From Bacteroidota bacterium (GTDB lineage: Bacteria; Bacteroidota; Bacteroidia; Bacteroidales; B18-G4), in contig JABMQZ010000106.1 of the NCBI GenBank assembly GCA_013202965.1, positions 3,315 through 67,314 of the forward strand: a stretch of DNA of 64,000 bases, written 5' to 3'. A model generated the notes under the pieces. That model did not search any database and had not been told where the DNA came from. It saw only the letters and a list, made by a program, of their open reading frames with translations. Positions 59,031-64,000 of the stretch are shown here, in pieces; position 1 is the first letter of the stretch; each line of letters begins with the position of its first letter. The translations under genes were made by a program, and so were the position numbers.

Positions 59031-59475
59031 AATTACTCAAAATCTGACGTAGTTTAATAACCGACAATCTGCTGTGTATATCGTTATCAACCATCATTAC
59101 CGGTGCAATGGCACAACATCCCAAACATGCAACCCTTTCAAGATCAAATCTGCCGTCTTCCGTAGTACTACCGGGTGTTATCCCAATTTCCATCTGTAAT
59201 GCACTCAGTATAAAATCCCCACCCTGAACATGACAGGCTGTTCCCAGGCAGATCTTTATCGAATGTCTGCCGGGTGGATTAAACTTGAATTGAGAGTAAA
59301 AAGTGGCAACACCATAAATTGTGCTACAGGATATATTCAAATATTCGGAAATTTCTCTAATGGTGTTAGATGGAATATATCCTTCCTGATGCTGAACATG
59401 TTGAAGAATAGGAATCAGGTCTCCTTTACTGCATTCAGGAAAGTGTTTACCAAGCGTATTTAACAAACTGCTCAT
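59023..59475 (-). CDS. NuoE/HydC-like thioredoxin-fold [2Fe-2S] subunit
   Basis: CLGTACHVQGG...CLGCCAIAPVMMV. It overlaps the NuoF-like gene by 8 nt. Confidence 0.9.
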   Translation of the reverse strand: MSSLLNTLGKHFPECSKGDLIPILQHVQHQEGYIPSNTIREISEYLNISCSTIYGVATFYSQFKFNPPGRHSIKICLGTACHVQGGDFILSALQMEIGITPGSTTEDGRFDLERVACLGCCAIAPVMMVDNDIHSRLSVIKLRQILSNYE

Positions 59476-59775
59476 TGTATATTCGAATTTGAGTTTTATC
59501 CAAATTACTTTTATTACAATAAATCCACAATTTGATTTCTGTCAGCTATAACATATTTTAATCAATAAATATAAGAATAATTTATAATGTGAAGAAATTA
59601 TTTAAATTAACTGATATCTTTAATGAGCCATAAAATCTATTTATAATAATTATAAATACAGGGCAATTTATTTTTATACAGCATACTATTTTTTTTTTTA
59701 ATATAATTGCAAACATTAACTTAACTGAGGCTGTGCACATGATTCCACTTAATTGCCTCATAAATATAGTAAATT

Positions 59776-60630
59776 ATGGACGATATTCTAAATGATTTTA
59801 TTTTTTTACGGGTAAAATGCCCGATCTGTGATCATTCCCTTATGGATCAGGAAAACTATGTTGATGGTAAACCGGGAATTAAATTGTTTGTTGAATCTGC
59901 AGAGAATAAAGGAATTATCGTATTGAGTGCTATTTATGAAAGTTATAATTACAGGTGTGATATTCCGATCGAAAGTGGTGATATAGTTACTTTCTCCTGT
60001 CCGCATTGCGGGAAAGTAATTACAAGTAAAACCGAATGCGAATATTGTGAAGCAGCTATGGTACCTCTTGAACTGGATATTGGAGGAAAGGCAAGCATTT
60101 GCTCAAGAAGTGGTTGTAAAGGGCATTTCCTGGAATTTGAAGATGTCTTGCTTGCTTTTAATAAGCTTTACCAGCTTGGTGATTATAAAGGTTCAATTCC
60201 GGAAGGATTAAAAGAAAACGGAGAATCAACAGAAATTATTAAAACAGGGACTTTCCTTAATCCCTATTGTCCGAAATGCAATAAGTCTCTTATAAAAGAT
60301 GGATTGATCACACTGAAAATCATTAACGACAGGAATGAGGAAGGTCTTGTGTTTCTAAGCCCATTCCTGAATGTGTTCACTTCCAGGTCAACAGTATTTT
60401 TAAAGGAGGATCAAACAGTTAAGGATATTATCTGCACCCATTGCAATACAAGTATAATCGATTTAGACAGGAATTGTGAACAATGCGGATCACCTGTCGC
60501 TAAAATAAAAGTGAGTGCCCGCACCAAATTCATCGACTTTTATATATGTTCAAAAAAAGGATGCAGGTGGCATGGGCTGAGTAATGAAGATCTTCATGAA
60601 ATTGATCTTGAAGACAGTATGGAATGGTAA
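59776..60630 (+). CDS. Cys-rich double CxxC-module protein (paralogue 2), function unknown
   Basis: Same motif spacing as paralogue 1: C15xxC18...C75xxC78-x9-C88xxC91-x17-C109x4C114xxH117, and C165xxC168...C220xxC223-x10-C234xxC237-x20-C258x4C263xxH266. About 55% identical by eye, with the same C-terminal DS(L/M)EW. Confidence 0.8.
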   Translation: MDDILNDFIFLRVKCPICDHSLMDQENYVDGKPGIKLFVESAENKGIIVLSAIYESYNYRCDIPIESGDIVTFSCPHCGKVITSKTECEYCEAAMVPLELDIGGKASICSRSGCKGHFLEFEDVLLAFNKLYQLGDYKGSIPEGLKENGESTEIIKTGTFLNPYCPKCNKSLIKDGLITLKIINDRNEEGLVFLSPFLNVFTSRSTVFLKEDQTVKDIICTHCNTSIIDLDRNCEQCGSPVAKIKVSARTKFIDFYICSKKGCRWHGLSNEDLHEIDLEDSMEW

Positions 60631-60664
60631 ATAATGATATTGAGGAAAGATAAAAAAAGTAGAT

Positions 60665-61489
60665 ATGTTTCAGATAAAGAAAAAAGAAACAATGGCAAAG
60701 GGGACGATCGTTAGATTTGATATTGATGCCCCTAAAATTGCAAAAAAGTTAAAACCGGGACAATTTGTCATTATCAGGGTAAATGAGACAGGAGAAAGAA
60801 TTCCTCTAACAGTTGCCGATAAGGATGCATTTGCAGGGATCATAACTATTATCTTTCAGGTTGTCGGGAAAACAACTGCATTGATGAGATCGCTCAATGA
60901 GGGCGATTTTTTATTGGATGTTGTCGGGCCATTAGGTAAACCAGCAGAAGTTGATAATATTGGTACTGTTTTAATGGTTGGCGGAGGTACGGGTGTGGCA
61001 ATTCTTCATCATGTGGCAAAAGCATTTCATGAAGCAGGAAATTATGTTATCGGTATTATGGGTGCCAAGGAAAAAGATATGCTCATCCTTGAAAATGAAA
61101 TGATAGCCATATGCGATGACCTTGTTGTTACAACTGATGACGGGAGTTATGGGGAAAGAGGATTTGTTACCCAGCCACTTGAGAAATACCTGAATGAACG
61201 TCATGATATAAAATTGGTTTATACCATTGGTCCGATTATTATGATGAAGAATGTTGTGAAGCTGACAAAAAAGTTTAATGTTCCGACTTTAGTTAGCTTA
61301 AATCCTATTATGATAGATGGAACAGGTATGTGTGGAGGCTGCAGGGTAAAGGTGAATAACGAAACCAAGTTCTGTTGTGTTGACGGTCCCGACTTTGATG
61401 GTTACCAGGTTGACTTTGATGAATTGCTTAAAAGGAATTCGATGTATTTACAGGATGAGAAAGATTCATTGTTGTTTTCAATCAAGTAA
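60665..61489 (+). CDS. Second NfnA/PyrK-like FAD/[2Fe-2S] subunit
   Basis: GQFVIIRVNETGERIPLTVAD, GPLG, MVGGGTGVAILH and GTGMCGGCRVKVNNETKFCCVDGP. An alternative start exists at 60692. Confidence 0.85.
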   Translation: MFQIKKKETMAKGTIVRFDIDAPKIAKKLKPGQFVIIRVNETGERIPLTVADKDAFAGIITIIFQVVGKTTALMRSLNEGDFLLDVVGPLGKPAEVDNIGTVLMVGGGTGVAILHHVAKAFHEAGNYVIGIMGAKEKDMLILENEMIAICDDLVVTTDDGSYGERGFVTQPLEKYLNERHDIKLVYTIGPIIMMKNVVKLTKKFNVPTLVSLNPIMIDGTGMCGGCRVKVNNETKFCCVDGPDFDGYQVDFDELLKRNSMYLQDEKDSLLFSIK

Positions 61490-61500
61490 AACGAAGAAAT

Positions 61501-63330
61501 ATGTTAGAACAGGATATAAGATATTTAAAGTATAAAACCTATTTAAGTTTTTACTGCCCGCATTGTAGCAACACCTTCAATGTGGAAAGGGCACATGAAA
61601 AGTCATTGATATTCAATGCAAAATGGAAAAATGAAGACCTGGTGTTGAAGCTCAGTCCTTTTCTCGATGTTTTTGATATTAAAACATCTATTGAAATGCC
61701 ACAGGATGAGGTTCTGGATGATCTGTTCTGCCCGCATTGTAAGCAAAGTATTATTGATCCTCATGTTCATTGCGATGAATGTGGTTCCAAGGTCGGTAAA
61801 GCAATAGTATCAGCATATGCCAAGCTCATTCCGTTTTATTTTTGTTTGAAAAATGGATGTGAATGGCACGGCATTACAAAAGAGGACGAAAAGAAAATCA
61901 AGTTAAAAATTCCTCGTCAGCTTATGCCTGAGCAGGATCAGAAATTAAGGGTTAATAATTTTCAGGAAGTACCCTATGGTTATACTACCGAACTGGCAAT
62001 GCTTGAAGCCGGCAGATGCCTTCAGTGTAAAAAACCGAAGTGTGTTGAAGGATGCCCTGTAAATATTGACATACCCGGATTTATTGAATTAATAACCCAG
62101 GAGAAATTTACTGAGGCAGTACACAAAATTAAGGAAACCAACGTTTTTCCGGCAATTTGCGGACGTGTCTGCCCCCAGGAATCCCAGTGTGAAGTATTAT
62201 GTATTCTTGGTAGAAAAGATGAACCCGTAGCCATAGGTCGATTGGAACGTTTTGTTGCAGACTATGAAAGGAAAATGGATCTGGTTGAAATACCTGAAAT
62301 TAAAAAAAATACAGGTAAGAAGATAGCTGTTATCGGTTCAGGCCCTGGTGGTTTAACAGTTGCTGCCGATATGCGTATGCTTGGCTATGAGGTTACCATT
62401 TTTGAAGCCCTGCATGAATCAGGTGGAGTATTAACGTATGGTATTCCTGAATTCAGGCTTCCCAAATCAATTGTGCAATCTGAAATTGATTATTTAATAA
62501 AACTGGGTGTCAGGATAGAACTGAATCATATCATTGGGAATATCCTTACGGTTGATGAACTACTTGAACATTTTGACGCAGTTTATATTGGTGTAGGTGC
62601 AGGATTGCCCTGGTTTATGAGCCTTGAAGGTGAAAGCCTGGGGAATGTATTCTCGGCCAATGAATATCTCACCCGTATGAACCTGATGAAAGCCTATAAA
62701 TTTCCCGAGTATGACACACCTATGCCACATGGCAATCATATTGCCGTGATCGGTGGCGGAAATGTGGCCATGGATTGTGCCAGAACGGCAAAGCGTACCG
62801 GTGCATCAGAAGTGACTATCGTATACCGAAGATCACGCCATGAATTACCGGCCAGGACCGAAGAAGTGCACCATGCAGAAGAAGAAGGTATAAATTTTAA
62901 GCTTCTTACATCTCCTACCCGGTATATCGGCACAGACTCAAGTATAATCAAGTCCATAGAATGTATTAGAATGGAACTTGGCGAACCAGATGCTTCAGGA
63001 AGAAGAAGACCGATACCTATTGAGGGTTCCAACTTTATCATGGATTGCGATATGGCAATTGTTGCCATAGGAAACGGTCCCAATCCGATATTGTTCCAGT
63101 CAACTCCGGATTTAAAACTTAATAAAAGGGGCTATATCGAAGTAAATCCTGATACTATGGAAACCTCCAAAGAGTTTGTATATGCCGGCGGCGATATTGT
63201 AACCGGAGCTGCTACCGTTATTCTGGCAATGGGTGCCGGAAGGATCGCTGCCACAGCTATGCATAAAAAGCTGACAGCCATACAGGAGAAGGCGAAAAAG
63301 AAGGTGGTGCCTAAGAAGAAAAGCGAATAG
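61501..63330 (+). CDS. Fusion protein: single CxxC module (aa ~15-125) + GltD/NfnB-like oxidoreductase (aa ~145-609)
   Basis: N-terminal module: C19xxC22...C77xxC80-x10-C91xxC94-x20-C115x4C120xxH123, which has module-2 spacing. LSPFLDVFDIKTSI and FYFCLKNGCEWHG align with the free paralogues. The rest is NfnB-like: RCLQCKKPKCVEGCPVNIDIPGFI, IAVIGSGPGGLTVA and YAGGDIVTGAATVILAMGAG. Confidence 0.85.
   Translation: MLEQDIRYLKYKTYLSFYCPHCSNTFNVERAHEKSLIFNAKWKNEDLVLKLSPFLDVFDIKTSIEMPQDEVLDDLFCPHCKQSIIDPHVHCDECGSKVGKAIVSAYAKLIPFYFCLKNGCEWHGITKEDEKKIKLKIPRQLMPEQDQKLRVNNFQEVPYGYTTELAMLEAGRCLQCKKPKCVEGCPVNIDIPGFIELITQEKFTEAVHKIKETNVFPAICGRVCPQESQCEVLCILGRKDEPVAIGRLERFVADYERKMDLVEIPEIKKNTGKKIAVIGSGPGGLTVAADMRMLGYEVTIFEALHESGGVLTYGIPEFRLPKSIVQSEIDYLIKLGVRIELNHIIGNILTVDELLEHFDAVYIGVGAGLPWFMSLEGESLGNVFSANEYLTRMNLMKAYKFPEYDTPMPHGNHIAVIGGGNVAMDCARTAKRTGASEVTIVYRRSRHELPARTEEVHHAEEEGINFKLLTSPTRYIGTDSSIIKSIECIRMELGEPDASGRRRPIPIEGSNFIMDCDMAIVAIGNGPNPILFQSTPDLKLNKRGYIEVNPDTMETSKEFVYAGGDIVTGAATVILAMGAGRIAATAMHKKLTAIQEKAKKKVVPKKKSE
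61555..61869 (+). other. Extent of the CxxC module (first Cys to the conserved His) inside the fusion ORF
   Basis: Coordinates derived from residue numbers C19 to H123 of the 61501 ORF. Confidence 0.7.
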
Positions 63331-63510
63331 ATCGAACGATTGAACGATATCCGATTTTTCTCATCATAATGAAATCTGCATTTTGCAATGAGTATTTCAT
63401 CCTCTTTCACTTGATAAATAAGTTTGTGAAAGAATAAAATTCAAAATTTATTCGGAGGTTATTAGTTTAACCGCATGTAAGATAAGAAAATCTCAGATAT
63501 AAGTAAGGTT

Positions 63511-63598
63511 CTCGCAAAGACCGCCTAGATACACGCAAAGATCACAAAGAACATTTCTAATCTTTGCGGGCTTAGCGCTTTTTTGCATACTTTGCGTG
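63511..63598. repeat. Palindromic GCAAAG/CTTTGC element (REP-like)
   Basis: CTCGCAAAGA (63511) and CACGCAAAG (63532) face TCTTTGCGGG (63561) and CTTTGCGTG (63590). Only one copy lies in this window, so whether it is dispersed in the genome is unverified. Confidence 0.5.
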
Positions 63599-63613
63599 GA
63601 AGAATTAAAATAG

Positions 63614-63669
63614 GGGTGAGGCCTGGGGTGTGGGGCATGAGGCATGAGGTTTGCGAATTGCTGGCTGAG
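63614..63669. repeat. Tandem heptamer array (GGGTGAG GCCTGGG GTGTGGG GCATGAG GCATGAG GTTTGCG AATTGCT GGCTGAG)
   Basis: Read directly, with the GnnTGrG phase kept over 8 units. Confidence 0.7.
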
Positions 63670-63715
63670 GGGTTTTCTCACTTTGTTCGAAATGACAACA
63701 TCTAATTTTTAGAGA

Positions 63716-63756
63716 GGGAAATGGCGGGATGCGCACAGCGCGTCCCGCCATTTCCC
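63716..63756. repeat. Near-perfect 19-bp-stem palindrome/hairpin (GGGAAATGGCGGGATGCGC-ACA-GCGCGTCCCGCCATTTCCC)
   Basis: 14 bp of perfect outer stem, one G-T wobble, 4 bp of inner GC stem and a 3-nt loop. Confidence 0.85.
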
Positions 63757-63899
63757 CTTGTTTAGATAAGGATTTTGTCTTCTCGAAAGAACCCCGATGG
63801 TGATCGGGGTGATTGAGAGATCCCCTCAGCTTACTTATGCTAAGAAAAATATTTTACCGGACACCACTGATTCCGGAATCACTATTCATGGGGAATTCG

Positions 63900-63907
63900 T
63901 ATTTTTG
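63900..63907 (+). promoter_or_regulatory. Candidate -7 box (TATTTTTG) ahead of an ORF that starts at 63986 and runs off the window
   Basis: TAnnTTTG match. It is followed by hairpin element copy 2 (63944-63967) and an ATG at 63986. Confidence 0.3.
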
Positions 63908-63943
63908 ATGGGAAGAAACGAAGAATTAGTGTTAAATAAAATG

Positions 63944-63967
63944 ATTCCTCGTGGCTTGCCACTGAGG
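63944..63967 (+). repeat. Second copy of the ATTCCTCGTGGCTTGC hairpin element
   Basis: A 16-nt exact match to 16128-16143. It folds as CCTC-GTGGC-TT-GCCAC-T-GAGG. Confidence 0.4.
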
Positions 63968-64000
63968 ATAATCAATTTAAGAAAATGAAATTAATCACCA

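Noticed and set aside
51704-63330. Mobile genomic island or prophage remnant as an explanation for the AT-rich redox locus.
   Set aside because: No integrase, transposase, tRNA target, direct-repeat borders or phage genes are visible in the window. Only a compositional impression remains, and it is reported as a low-interest finding.
63797-63988. 63-aa ORF in the repeat-rich terminal region.
   Set aside because: It is built across hairpin and repeat elements, has no recognisable motifs, and overlaps the candidate promoter of the ORF starting at 63986.

Overview
This 64-kb, gene-dense chromosomal segment looks like Bacteroidota. Supporting signs are gldF/gldG gliding-motility genes, a T9SS-type C-terminal sorting tail, a CarboxypepD_reg/TonB-dependent receptor, TAnnTTTG-type -7 boxes and short leaders. 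I support about 55 protein genes and saw no rRNA, tRNA, CRISPR array, transposase or integrase.

Contents from left to right:
1. 1-8.8 kb: a glycan/lipid accessory cluster with FAAL, ACP, KASIII, ketoreductase, a GtrB-like GT2, a flippase, two paralogous cobalamin radical-SAM enzymes and a GNAT.
2. 8.9-27 kb: housekeeping genes (nadD, gmk, yicC, rocD, rpmB, cinA, usp), a propeller-type sensor kinase with a LytTR regulator, a PLD-family protein and a TonB receptor.
3. 28-34 kb: a second polysaccharide cluster.
4. 34-47 kb: purC, an acyl-CoA ligase, phoH, gldFG-DUF4340, a GT4 plus O-antigen ligase, and gdhA.
5. 47.9-51.3 kb: a 1152-aa sensor/REC-like/PEP-binding multidomain protein.
6. 51.7-63.3 kb: the most interesting region, a redox island.

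The redox island combines a NuoE/NuoF/NuoG-like (Bfu-type) module with two NfnA/NfnB-like (PyrK/GltD-like) pairs. It also holds three copies of an apparently uncharacterised CxxC-rich module of 8 Cys plus 1 His. Two copies are free-standing proteins in which the module is internally duplicated, and one is fused to the N-terminus of the second NfnB-like subunit.

A second window-wide oddity is a set of short tandem arrays with strict 7-nt periodicity. They start at or within a few nt of stop codons in at least seven intergenic spacers.

All calls come from reading the sequence and the ORF track. No database search or computation was run, and identity percentages are by-eye estimates.
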